A stretch of DNA of 64,000 nt from the human T2T-CHM13v2.0 reference genome, Homo sapiens. Shown here piece by piece: positions 1 through 11,144 of the stretch (within the stretch, counting starts at the first letter, position 1; each line of letters starts with the position of its first letter). Made by a program: the position numbers and the translations under genes. Under the pieces are notes generated by a model. That model made no database searches. It was given only the letters and a program-made list of their open reading frames with translations, and was not told the DNA's origin. The DNA lies in NCBI RefSeq assembly GCF_009914755.1, contig NC_060948.1, one strand, 5' to 3'.

Positions 1-832
1 CCTCCTTGGACTTTTGCACAGCATTCAATAACTTCATGGTTTCCTCATGATATTTAATGGAGGTTTCTCCAGAGGTTAGGAATTCATTTTCTTTCCATAT
101 TGCAGGATGGGCATGTAGGATTAGATAAGCATATTTACTATCCATATACACATTTATTCTTCCCTTTCCCGGTTCAAATGCTTGGGTAAGTGCCACTAGT
201 TCTGTTAACTGGGGGCTGGTCTTTGGTGAAGAGGCTTGCTTTCAAGTACTGTTACACCCCTAATTATGGCATAACCTGCCCTTCGTATCCCATTCTCCAC
301 AAATGAACTTTCATTGGTATATAGGTTAAGGTCAGGATTAACTAAGGGGACTTCTAAGAGATCTTCTTGGGAGGCATAATTTTGGACTATAATTTGTTGG
401 CAGTCATGCTCGATTAGTGTTTCCCATCCTCTAGGAGAAAAATGGCATGGTTGAGGCCTGCACATATGCATATTTGAAGCATATGTCCCTCAAGGAGTAG
501 TACCTGCTATCTAAGCAAGCTGTCGTCTGATAGCCATAAACTTCCTTTGTCACCTAGTGTGCCATTTACATCATCAGTAGTCCAGGCAGTGAGATCCTTT
601 CCTTGAATTATTTTGATAGCCTCTGACACTAAGATGGCCACCACCACTACTACCAGTAAACAGTGAGGATGGCCTTTTGCTACTACATCAATTTCCTTAC
701 TTATGTATGCCACTGGTTGTGTGGTTGTCCCAAGAGTTTGAGTAAGGACTCTAAGAGCTATTCTTACTCTTTCTGTGACATATAAAGAGAAGTTTTGTCC
801 TGTGGGAAGGCTTAAGGCTGGAGCTTGAGTTT
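1..832 (-). pseudogene. pol: HERV9 pol remnant (connection and RNase H domains), disrupted
   Basis: ORFs 507-713 (AYISKEIDVVAKG..SEAIKIIQGKDLT) and 205-471 (HDCQQII..NPDLNLYT..GYA) are in different frames and contain stops. Confidence 0.88.
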
Positions 833-2708
833 GTTTCTTCTAATCCCCAGACTTCAGGGTTGACTACCTCCTCAAGCAGGGGACAAGAAATGGGTAACTT
901 TTTCCCCATATTCATGTAGACAATAGTGCCAGCTTTGGCCAGTATGTCCCTCCCTAATAAAGTATGGGTCGTTCAGGCATAACAAGAAAAGCATGTGAAA
1001 AGAGAAAAGTCTCCCAATTACAACTGAATAAGTGGGAGAAACACCTGGTTACAGGCCATCCCAGGATTCGTTGGATGGTAACGGACCTTGAGGAAAGCTG
1101 TCCAGGACAGGAGATTAACACTGAGAAGGCTGCACCAGTGTCCAGGAGGAAGTCAATTTCCTGGTCCTCCACAGTTAAATGTACCTGGGGCTCAGTGAGG
1201 CTGATGACATGAGCTGGTGCTTGTCCCAGGCACCCTCCCGCCTGTTGTTGGAGCATCTGGTTGGGGGCCTCTGGCCTAGAGAACCTTTGTCCTCTGGGGC
1301 AGTGAGCCTTCCAGTGATTGTTTTGGCATAGTGGACATGTGCAAGAAGGCAGCTTGTTTCTTGTGGGACAATCTGTTTTAAGGTGCCCTTGCAAACCACA
1401 CTGGTAAGAAACCCTACCATGCAATTGGCCTGCTCCATTTTCTGTCCTCTCTGAACCACCAAGGTTTGTTTATCTGAGGGCCATGACTAAGGCTGCAGCC
1501 TTTCTCTGATCTCACTTTTCCTTTTTGGCCAGTTCCTCTTGGTCCCTATAATAGAACACCAAGGTTGCCAGGTTTATTAAAGCCTCCAGATTTTGTTCAG
1601 GGCCCAGCTCTGATTTTTGGAGCATTCTCCTGATATCTGCAGCTGATTGGGTAATAAACTTATCTTTCAGGATCAATTGACTCTTGAGGGAGTCAGGTGA
1701 CAGGTAAGAATATTTCCTTAAGGAAATACAGCTATTTCCTTCCTGTAGCTGCTCGAGGAAGGCAGAATGATTTTTTTCCTATGCCGGAGTCATGATGGAC
1801 ATCATTGCATCATTCATGAGCTTTTTCCTAATTCTCCTTTGTCCTTCTAGAACACAGGTCAACAGATGTTTGTGAAATCAGTCCCAATAATCTGAGTTGA
1901 GACCCCAGTGGGGTTCCATACTGGGGATGACTTGCTTATGGGTAGGGAATTTGTCCCTTTCTTCAGCTGTCATTCTGTCATTTACTTGACTAAGATACCA
2001 GGTATCTCCAAACTCCTGGGCAGCAGCTAAAGCCACATTCTTTTCATTAAAGGCCAGGATTTGATCTAACAATAGCATGGCATCTGTCCAAGTGAGGTCA
2101 AAGTTTTGCCCTGGACCCTGCAGGACATCTATGTACCTATCAGGATCATCTGAAAACTTCCCCAGCTCTGCCTTGATTGGCTTTAAATCAGGGAGGGAGA
2201 AGGGGACTTGTACCCAGGTTGGGCCAAATTCTCCTCCCCCTACAGCCTGAAGGGGACAGAATCGATAGCCCAGGGTTTTTTGTGGTCCTTTGCAGATTTC
2301 TTTGCTTGTTTCCTTCTGGGAGGAGGAGATTAGAGGAGGCTTACTAATAGGAAGGGGAGCTATATGGAGGCTAGGATATGGGGGTAAGCTGAAAGGTCCT
2401 CCTGTGGGATGTAAATGTCAAGCTTTCCATAGTTGTGGATTCTCCTTCAATGAAAACAAAGCTTGGCCATAAAGTAGTTCACTCCACTTGCCTTGTCTCT
2501 TACAGAAAAGGTCAAGCTGCAGGATAGTATTGTAATTTATGCTGCCCTCAGGTGGCCATTTTTCCCCACCAGAGAGAGAATATTGGGGCCAGGCCATAGT
2601 GCAGAAAAAAATGAGCCACCTCTTTTTCAGGGTTTGTGGATCAAATTGGTCCCAATGGCTTAGGATGCATTTCAATGGTGAGCCTGTTGACGCCTGAATG
2701 TTTCCCAT
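833..2708 (-). pseudogene. gag: HERV9 gag-pro remnant with multiple frameshifts and stops
   Basis: ATG at 2708 (MGNIQAST..); capsid fragment 1878-2078 (AAQEFGDTWYLSQVNDRMTAEER); nucleocapsid and protease in 954-1424 (DTGA motif). Confidence 0.88.
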
Positions 2709-2755
2709 CTGAAAGACAAAACTGCCCACAGTTTTGGTTTGTTTGTTTCTCTCCC

Positions 2756-2911
2756 TGCCCAAGAAACTGCAATGGTCCCTGGACCCTGCTGATCAGAATA
2801 GTTGTGCTCACTGATGCAGCAGCAGAAACACCTCTTGCCCAAGAACCTGCAATGGTCCCTGGACCCTGCTGATTGGAATAGTTGCACTCACAGACGCAGC
2901 AGCAGAAACAC
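2756..2911. repeat. 80-bp tandem duplication in the ERV leader
   Basis: tgcccaagaa(a/c)ctgcaatggtccctggaccctgctgat..gcagcagcagaaacac occurs twice with period 80. A second pair (cctagaccacaa..) lies at about 2922 and 3006. Confidence 0.85.
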
Positions 2912-3995
2912 TAGTTTCCTTCCTAGACCACAAGGAGGACCGAGGAAGGTTGGATTTATTGTCCCTTACTGACACACTCTCAAAAACCTGCACTATTTCC
3001 TGTCCTCCTAGACCACAAAGAGGAATGAGAAAAATCAGATTTAGTGGCCCTTACTGATGCATTCTTGAAAAACTGTTAGAGTCCTAAGCATTCTCTCATT
3101 AGTATTGGGACTTCACTCCTGTCCTATAAAGATGCTATGCCTCAAAAATGCAGTGGAGGGCCATACCCTGAGGGAGGGAAGGGATCTCCAGGGTTGGAAG
3201 AGTGATGACTTTTGTCCTCACTTGAATAGGAAGGATACGATTTCTGAAGCTCCCCATATCCTAGCTTCAGGGGTAGCTTTGTTAGGCCTGCTATTCTGAG
3301 GAGTGATCCGAAAATTCTAGATAAGATAGTCCCCCAAGACCACTGACAGGGCTTTGGGCAAAAATTATGTCTTTCTGATTGGTGAGCCTGGGTGCCTAAA
3401 GAAGGGAATAGAGTCCTGGAGTTTATAGTAGAAATCATTCTTATAGGTTCTAGATAAGCACCAGAGAGAGGGAGTGGTTTTTCTGTCTGGTGCTAGAAAA
3501 CCACGAGAGACAGGGAGTGGTTTTTAGAATCAGGAATAGCCTTGGAGAAGAGGCAAGAGGAAGTTTGTCTGACAGGCATTAGGATCCAGAGTGCAAAGGT
3601 CAGAGGTCAGGATAGATAGGATAGATGGGTGAGTCTCGCTTGTGCAACGTGACTTTGAGAGTTCTGCTCATGGCCACAGGGTCAACCAATTTGCTCTTGG
3701 GACCCTGGAGCAGAATGGTTTTCCTCTCTGTTGACCCTCACCTCAGCCCAGAAGTACAGGGAATCAGAAGCTCTTTCCAGGCAAACCAATTCTCTCAACT
3801 GTGAAGAGTTGGGGGTTGTTACAGAGCACTTTCCCAGAAAGTCTGTCACCCATGTCTTTAGTCCAGCAGCCACACTAGTCACTTCTAACTGGCTGACAGG
3901 TGCCTGGTATGTAACACTCAAATTCTAAGGAAAAATAGGACAGAATAACAAGTGAAAGGGGTCCGATGGTACTCACTGCTTTGTGATAGGCGATA

Positions 3996-4013
3996 GTCCC
4001 TTTGTGGTCACCA
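3996..4013 (-). promoter_or_regulatory. Retroviral primer-binding site, tRNA-Arg type
   Basis: Minus strand TGGTGACCACAAAGGGAC lies 5 nt after the LTR 3' end. It differs from the tRNA-Arg complement TGGCGACCACGAAGGGAC only by two CpG-type transitions. Confidence 0.8.
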
Positions 4014-4018
4014 TAACC

Positions 4019-4419
4019 TGTCTGGAATTTATTCCTTCTTATGGGTTCTTGGTCTCGCTGACTTCAAGAATGAAGCCGCAGACCTTCGTGGTGAGTGTTA
4101 CAGCTTGTAAAGATGGTGTGGACCCAAAGAGTGAGCAGCAGCAACATTTATTGTGAAGAGTGAAAGAAAAATCTTCCACAGTATGGAAGGTGACCCAAGC
4201 AGGTTGCCGCTGCTGGGTGAGGTGGCCAGCTTTTATTCTCTTATTTGGATCCACCCACGTCCTGCTGATTGGTGCATTTACAATCCTTTAGCTAGATACA
4301 GAGTGCTGATTGGTGCATTTTTATAGAGTGCTGATTGGTGCATTTACAATCCCTTAGCAGACAGAAAATTTTTCCAAGTCCCCACTTGATCCAGGAAGTC
4401 CAGGTGGCTTCACCTCTCC
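4019..4419 (-). mobile_element. 5' LTR of the provirus, LTR12 family (short LTR12F-like form)
   Basis: Three CCAAT boxes (plus-strand ATTGG at 4268, 4309, 4334) in gctgattggtgcattt repeats; AATAAAA TATA-like box at about 4231; AATAAA at 4147-4152; U5 ends ..ccagaCA. Confidence 0.9.
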
Positions 4420-4572
4420 CTAGGACCTCCAAGAAAAAAATAGGGATTTAAATAGACATTCAAGCACTTCTGAAACTGTTTTTCCCTGGCTTACTGGATC
4501 TCAAGCAGTCAAGAAAGCTCAGCTCCCACTTTGTACCTTGAAGAACTTAGATTGTACATCTAACACCTTGAC

Positions 4573-4876
4573 TTTTTTTTTTCTTATTTTTCTTGTGATG
4601 GAGTCTTGCTCTGTCACCTGGGCTGGAGTGCAATGGCATGATCTTGGCTCACTGCAACCCCCGCCTCCTGGGCTCAAGTGATTCCCCTGCCTCAGCCTAC
4701 TGTGTAGCTGGGAATACAGGTGACCACAACCATGCTAGGATAATTTTTGTATTTCTTAGTAGAGACAAGGTTTCACCATGTTTGTCAGGCTGGTCTCAAA
4801 TTCCTGACCTCAGGTAATCCCCAACCTCAGCCTCCCAAAGTGCTGGGATTACAGGCTTGAGCCACCACACCTGGCC
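4573..4876 (-). mobile_element. Alu (S-type), full length
   Basis: T-rich tail, then gagtcttgctctgtcacc..ctcccaaagtgctgggattacagg..gccaccacacctggcc. Probable TSD (a..cttgac) on both sides. Confidence 0.95.
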
Positions 4877-5211
4877 ATGTCTTGACTTTTATAACTTCTG
4901 CCCAGGTATCTTGCTCCTAATCCTCCTGACTTTTGGATCTGTCAAGGTCCTCTGAGAGCAGGCACATAGGCATTTCTCATCGGCCTTCATCATCACTCAC
5001 TCTAGCAATATACTGAGCTTCCAAATTTTCCTTCCAAGAAGTCAAACTACCCAACTATGGCCCTGACATCTAGGTTGCTGCCTAAGAGTTTCAATACTAA
5101 CTTTCTAATCTCTGGAAACTAATGAATTCCAGCTTTTTTGTAGTCCCAGGATACTAAAGAGAAAAAATTATCGTTTTACCATAACTCTGCATGATTTTTA
5201 AACTTGCCTAT

Positions 5212-5644
5212 TGTTATAGTTTTGACATTTGTCCCTCCAAGCCTCAGGCTGAAATGTGGTCCTCCACACTGTAAATGGCATGAAGGTGAGGTGTTGGTTT
5301 GTGTCATGGTGCTGGATCCCTCATAAATGGCGTGGCACCCTGGCCATTGTTAATAAGTGAGTTTTCTACTGTATTAATTCCCACAATGAAGCTTATATAG
5401 AAATAGGTTGTTGAAAAGAGCCTGATACCATCTCCCCTTCTCTCTCTTGCTCTTTCCACATATGACATGCCTGTTTTCATTTTATCTTCTGTGCTGAGTG
5501 GAAGCCTCGTGAAGCTCTCACCAGATGCAGATGCTGACACCACACACATCTTTTACAGTCTGCAGAACTAGGAATCATTGAAAGCTATTTTCTTTATAAA
5601 CTTTCCAGTCTCATCCTTTCATAGGAACACAAGAGACTTAAGCA
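5212..5644 (+). mobile_element. MaLR solo LTR, MST family (MSTB-like)
   Basis: Starts tgttatagttttgacatttgtccctccaa; internal ggatccctcat and ctcaccagatgcagatgc; ends cttttctttataaa..aacacaaagagact. Confidence 0.8.
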
Positions 5645-5842
5645 TGTATCTCTGGCTGATAATGTGCCTTTATCGGTAAACAGTGTACCTCAGCATTCAC
5701 TATTTCTTGCGTTCCATAGGGGACAAAGAAGTGGTTTTTGATGGTCCAATGAGATATTCCTTAAATCCAAACCTTGGCTTTCTCTAACTTTCAAGTTCTC
5801 CATGAAGCACCCCAAAGTTTTACACTCCTCCCTTTGGATGAG

Positions 5843-6155
5843 TTTTTTTTTTTTCTTTTTTTTTTTTTTGAGATCCAGTCTCACTCTGTCACCCAGGTTG
5901 GAGTGCAGTGCCATGATCTCAGCTCACTTTGACCTCCTTCTGCTGGGTTCAAGAGATATTCCTTCCTCAACCTTCCAAGTAGCTAGGACTACAGGTAAAT
6001 GCCAACAGGCTCAGCTAATTTTTTTTTTGTATGTCTAGCAGAGAGGAGATTTCACCGTGTTATCCAGGATGGTCTTGACCTCCTGACCTCATGATATGCC
6101 TTCCTCATCCTACCAAAGTTCTGGGGTTACAGACATGAGCCACTGTGCTCAGCAT
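5843..6155 (-). mobile_element. Alu, full length, diverged
   Basis: Poly-T at 5843-5869, then gagatccagtctcactctgtcacccaggttggagtgcagtg..tgagccactgtgctcagc. Confidence 0.93.
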
Positions 6156-7534
6156 GGACCAGTGTTTTAACTTGGCTGTTTCTAGGGTCTGGTGTGACAG
6201 AACAGGCATTCTATGATTCTGCTAATTCCTACCGCTCCAGAAAAAAACTCAGCTCACAACTATCCTTAGATAAGGACACCTTAGTGAATGATTCTATAAC
6301 TTGAGGTTGAATATATGACACCTTTTTTGACTAGAACTGAGAATAGCCACACACATAGGATAAAAGAATAATTTTAATTTGATGTTTTAAATTTTTTCCT
6401 CCCCAAGCCAGCATGGTGTTGCACACAAAATTTTTCCCAGACTCACAGTTTCTTCAGAATGGAGAGAGTTGAAAATGTACACTCAGGCTTTTCTTTTCCA
6501 TTTTGCAATTCTTCACATGATGTTCTCTCTAGTCTTACCCAGTGGGAAATATTGAGGGTATCAGACAACCGGGGTCAGTTAGAAACAAACTACATGGATG
6601 GGGCTCACATTGACCATAAAAGTAATCTTACACTTGCATTCCAGCCAGCAGAGGTGCACCATCAGGGAAACTAGGCAACAGCATCACTCTGCAGCAACCA
6701 ACCATGGTTGATGCATCTGCCATGCTCAAATCATTAGCCAACTGCCATATCCCAACCTGGCTTTCTCTGCAAAACTTCCCAAGCTGTGACAAAGAGGCAA
6801 CTAGGTGATTATCCACAGAAGGGGCATGTGACCCCACCCAATCCCAGCTGCCATATACTTTTGACCATCCTAGCCCTGTGTGTTCCATCAATCCCCAGGC
6901 TGAAAATCAGAGACAACTTAGTGGTTAAAGATAAAGTTTCTGGCTCTACCTGGACCCAGTGGCCAAGTAGCTTATATAATAAGCCTTGGTACCCCTGGAA
7001 GGAAGCTCACTTCTGATATATCTAATGGAAATCACTGGGGCATTAGAATCTGTAGAAGACATGACTTTATTGAGAAAAAGAATCCCAGTCTCAGCTTCAG
7101 CCCCTCCCTCTGCTGCTGGGAAGCAGCTACCCTGCTGGGGAACTTGCCTGTCTGAGCCAATGAATGTAGCCTATGCAGGCTCTATCCAGCAGGAAATGGA
7201 TCTAGACTCTCCAGTTTTTTTCCCCTATGGGGAGGACCCACTTTCAGCTTTGGGCCTTCCCTAAGTCAGAGAACTATATAATCTTTGGGAAACTTTCTGG
7301 GCAATATGCGACTTTCTTAGCTGAGAGCAGGCCCTAAGTGGTCTGTTCAACAGCAGATTTGGTCAAGGGAGCTGATTTTCAGCCCCAGGGCCTCCTGCTG
7401 CAGGCAGAAAACTAGCCCATCTGTACAGAAACATTCCAGTAATAATCACAGCCAAAATTACAGCCATGCAATTTTCTGTTCCACAACAGAATCAAAGTGG
7501 ACCCAGTCTTAGCTCCAGCCTGTCCAATCTCAAT

Positions 7535-7655
7535 TTCCAAAATTGGATCATTACTAATAAATAACCTACCAGCCAAAAAAAAAAAAAGCTGAGAAACTGA
7601 TAGATTCAGGATGCATTCTACCATATCTACAAACAGTTGTATCATATTCCATTAT
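7535..7655 (+). mobile_element. Old L1 ORF2 fragment
   Basis: ttccaaaattggatcattactaataaataacctaccagccaaaaa..gattcagg..attctacca resembles L1 ORF2 'aataaatagcctaccaaccaaaaaaagcccaggaccagatggattcacagccgaattctacca' (compare 58135-58200 in this window). Confidence 0.6.
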
Positions 7656-7696
7656 GTGGGCGATCCTATTTTGTTCAACTGGTTTTGTATGTATGC

Positions 7697-7698
<2 letters not shown>

Positions 7699-7726
<28 letters not shown>
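7699..7726. repeat. (AC)14 microsatellite
   Basis: Read directly from the sequence. Confidence 0.95.
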
Positions 7727-7732
<6 letters not shown>

Positions 7733-7969
7733 CACACCACTGTTTCATATTTTCTCTAAAAGCAGCAATGGAAATGCCATGCTGGCCTCTGGTATTATCT
7801 GAGGGCTTAGTGGGGAAAGACCCATTCCTCTGCTTGCATGACATTGTTGTCAGCAGCCTTGTCCACAATGGCAGTTTTTCAGTGGTTTCTTACAGCTCTC
7901 CAGATAACCTGCAATTAGGTTTATTTATATGGTTTACAATATCTTTGTTAGCCTTTATCTCTAAACTTG

Positions 7970-8125
7970 AGGCTGGATACAATTGCTAAAGTATGTAATT
8001 TCAGAACTTTGGAAGGCCGATGTTGGAGAATCCTCTGAGCCCAAAAGTCTGAGACCAGAGTGATGTATAATTCAGCCTGTTGACAGAGCAAGACCCCGCC
8101 TCTAAGTAAATAAATAATAAAAATA
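7970..8125 (+). mobile_element. Degenerate Alu monomer (FLAM/AluJ-like)
   Basis: tgtaatttcagaactttggaaggccga..gagaccag..gacagagcaagacccc followed by an A-rich tail. Confidence 0.65.
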
Positions 8126-8784
8126 CAACTGATCATAGTATTTTTGTTTCACTGTTCGGAAACACAAATCTCCTTGATCAAATATATGAATATTTGATAG
8201 TCACTAACATAGCACATTGGCTTGTGCATGGGAACCAGTGCAGGAAAGCAGTAAGATGGGATGCTCTTTCTTCTTAATGCCTGAACATGTATATACTGTG
8301 ATGATAGGACGTGAGTTTGGACCAGGAAGGTTTCTGCCAGAGCCATCAAAACTGTGGAAATAAAACCCTCCACAAGTCAGGAAACAAAACAGCCTTTACT
8401 AGTAATAGTAAATGGAAAATCTTTTGCAGATTTGATTTCATTTTTAATTTAGCATAGATTAGGCAGCATAATATAGACTACCTTGCCCCAATAGTATGCA
8501 ATTGGATGACATACGTCAATTAAATTTGTTGAAAACTAGGTTTCAGCTCCTCCAAGAAGCTTAGTTACTTGAGTAATTTTGACAATACTCATAGTTAAAT
8601 GAGTAATTTTGAAAATATATAGGTGCTTATTTTAAAATTTCTGTTAGTCCACCAGAGACCTAAATATTACTAATATTATTGTAAACATAAAATATTACTT
8701 TAAACATAGTTTGAAATTCATGTGGATAATGAGCAAAATCATAAGTTTTTATTTTTATTCATTTCCTTTTGGTTTTATGCCTTT

Positions 8785-8918
8785 CATTCTCTTTCTCCTT
8801 CCTTCCCTTCTTCCCTCCCTCCCTTCTTCCTTCTCTCCCTCCCTTCTCCCTGTCTTTCTTTCTTCCCTCCTTCCCTTCTCCCTGTCTGTCTTTCTTTCGT
8901 TCTCTTTCTTTTTCTTTT

Positions 8919-8978
<60 letters not shown>

Positions 8979-8996
8979 TTTCTTTCTTTCTTTCCT
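8785..8996. repeat. Polypyrimidine complex STR: (CCTT)-like block followed by (TTTC)15 at 8917-8976
   Basis: Read directly; lies just beyond the tail of the Alu at about 9021. Confidence 0.92.
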
Positions 8997-9020
8997 CTAA
9001 CTCTGTATCTCTGTTTAATA

Positions 9021-9312
9021 TTTTTAGATGGAATCCTGCTCTGTTACCTAGGCTGGAGTGCAGTGGCATGATCTCAGCTCACTGCAACCTTCCCATCCTG
9101 GGTTCCATCAGTTCTCCAGTCACACCCTCCTGAGTAGCTATGACTGCAGGCAAGTGACAACAATCTTAGCTTTTTTTTTTCTGTACTTTTAGTAAAGACC
9201 AGGTTTCACAATATTTGCTCAGGCTGGTCTCAAGCTCCTTTCCTCAAGTCATCCACCCACCTTAGCCTCTCAAAATGCTGGGATTTCAGTCATAAGCCAC
9301 AATGTCCACCCA
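9021..9312 (-). mobile_element. Alu, diverged
   Basis: tttttagatggaatcctgctctgttacctaggctggagtgcagtggcatgatctcagctcactgcaacc..caaaatgctgggatt. Confidence 0.9.
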
Positions 9313-9349
9313 GTGTTATGCATTTCTCTTCTCAGTGATCTCTCCTGTC

Positions 9350-9662
9350 TATTTTATTATTTTATTTTGTTTTTATTTCTGAGACAGTGTCTTGGCTCTG
9401 GTGTCCAGGATAGAGTGCAGTGGTGTCATCTTACTTCACTGCAAACTCTGTCTCAGGGTTTCAGTGGATTCTCCTGCATCAGTCTCCCACATAGCTGAGA
9501 TTATATCCATGGGACACCAAGCCCGGCTAGCTTTGCTATGATATTAGACATGGGATCTTGCCATGTTGGCCAGGCTTATCACAAACTCCTGACATCAAGA
9601 GATCCACCCACCTTGGCTTGCCAAATTGCTGGGAGTGCAGGTGTGAGCCACCATGTCCTGCC
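9350..9662 (-). mobile_element. Alu, diverged, tandem with the previous copy
   Basis: (TTTTA)n tail, then tgagacagtgtcttggctctg..gatccacccaccttggc..ggtgtgagccaccatgtcctgcc. Confidence 0.9.
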
Positions 9663-10119
9663 TCATATCTGTTTTAAAGCTCAGTTGATAAGCAATATTG
9701 TGTTCCTGGAATGCTTTATGTATATGAAACCACTATAGCACCATTATTTAGCCCCTTCAGATAAAATATGATAACACACAAAACATACAGACACAGACAC
9801 AGACACAGTCAGTGATTAAAGATCAGTGTAGGCCAGGACCTAAAATGATATATGAGTTGCTGCAGTTGACTAAAATTAAAGCAGACCAGAGTTGGCAGAT
9901 ACCCAGAAAAGAGATGTGAACAGTCTTTCAAAGTACTCCATCAGATACATGTTAGATTATTCTCCAGCCATAGCAAAGGGAAATTAAATATCTGTTTTGT
10001 TTAGAATAGTCTTGATTGTTTGACTTTTCCAAGGTATTAGCATTCATGAAGTTGGCCTTTAAAGCTCTCCAAAATTACTCAAATCAGTAGACAACTCAGT
10101 TTTTCCAGGAGTCTAAAGT

Positions 10120-10660
10120 GCTTTTCAAAATTATCAAAAAGTTAGTGGCTTCAAACAATAATTATAATTTACTAACTGTCAGTCTCTAAAATCTTCCACA
10201 GTCTCTTAGCCCAGTGATTGTGGTTCAGGGGCACTCAGGAGGATACAATCTAGTGATGGCTCAGGATGGGGACATTGTCAGGTGTCTTCTTATTTCCCTG
10301 GTGCCATGGCTAGCATAACTCAAATAGTGGAGGTTGGGCTGCTGAGATCCTCAGGCATCTCCTTTTATTTCTATGAGTCTCTCCATGGGATGTCCATTCT
10401 GCATAGTGTTATCAGGGTGTTAGACTTCATGATGTACTGGTCTGAGGCTTCTGAGGGGTTTGTCCCCATGACAGCAGGAGACTTAGGCAGAGCTGTGTCA
10501 CCTTTTCTAGCCTAGGCCAGAGGTGGCCCAATATCCAGAAAATGCTTTCACTGTTTTCTATTAATTAGAAGCAATTACTGTGTTCTGTCACAGTAGGAAT
10601 ATTTTCAAATTGGTTTGCAAAGAATTTCAAAGTGTGTTTTAGACCATTACGGTGGCCATG
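10120..10660 (-). mobile_element. Ancient MaLR LTR (MLT1-like)
   Basis: aaaaagttagtggcttcaaacaata..ctctccatggg..gtcaccttttctagcctagg..ttttctattaattagaagc resembles antisense MLT1. Boundaries uncertain. Confidence 0.5.
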
Positions 10661-11082
10661 CCTAATAATTACTTATTTTTATAAGTGCTGGATGGGTTTT
10701 ACCCAACGTAATATCAGATACAGACTTTTAAGCTTGAAACCTGTGTCATAGCTCTGAACATTTGGTTGTATGTTGAAATAACTCTCAAGCAAAAATTGAT
10801 TTTGAAATTAGCACTATAAATAAATTAAATAAATGAGGTAAAGTCATAAATATCTGCATGAAATGCTTATAAAGAGGTCAGCCTTAAAAATGTCATGAAG
10901 TCTAATATGCCACCCTTTTATTATTTCTACGGATATTACTTGGACTGGAAGACAAGGACTCAGGAATTTGCTGGTCAATCTCTGCACCTGGAAATAGTGG
11001 CTGGGGCACCAGGAGTAATACTTCGGGCCATGGCCATGTAGTGAGGACAAGGAGTCCATCTGGGTTAAGGAGAGTGTCACTA

Positions 11083-11084
<2 letters not shown>

Positions 11085-11128
<44 letters not shown>

Positions 11129-11144
11129 CCTATCTATCTATCTA
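11085..11144. repeat. DYS19: Y-STR DYS19 (DYS394): [TCTA]11 CCTA [TCTA]3 = allele 14
   Basis: Repeat structure plus primer sites ATGGCCATGTAGTGAGGACA (11030-11049) and the reverse complement of CTACTGAGTTTCTGTTATAGT (11200-11220); amplicon 191 bp. Confidence 0.96.

Larger units (their letters stand above)
1..4018 (-). mobile_element. HERV9 (ERV9) provirus internal region (leader, gag, pro, partial pol); continues beyond window start
   Basis: Minus-strand ORF fragments give matrix start [29 protein letters not shown], zinc-knuckle-like QCGLQGHLKTDC/CPLCQNNHWKAHC, protease FLLDTGA and RNase H LYTNESSFVENG. Adjacent LTR12-type LTR and tRNA-Arg PBS. Confidence 0.93.

Noticed and set aside
4019-4419. 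LTR12 as the driver of the array's testis transcripts
   Set aside because: It points away from the array (minus strand, toward the window start) and lies about 11.6 kb from it. An enhancer role cannot be judged from sequence.
7556-7587. AATAAA followed by A13, resembling the 3' end of a processed pseudogene
   Set aside because: The context matches the internal A-run of L1 ORF2 (aataaatagcctaccaaccaaaaaaagc), and no TSD or upstream ORF is evident.
8140-8400. Possible snoRNA or pseudogene exon (gtgatgat box C-like motif)
   Set aside because: No convincing box D or terminal stem and no recognisable reading frame; cannot be supported without a database search.
8711-9133. ORFs of 92-140 aa rich in F/S/L or K/E/R
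   Set aside because: They are translations of the TTTC/CCTT microsatellite and an Alu.
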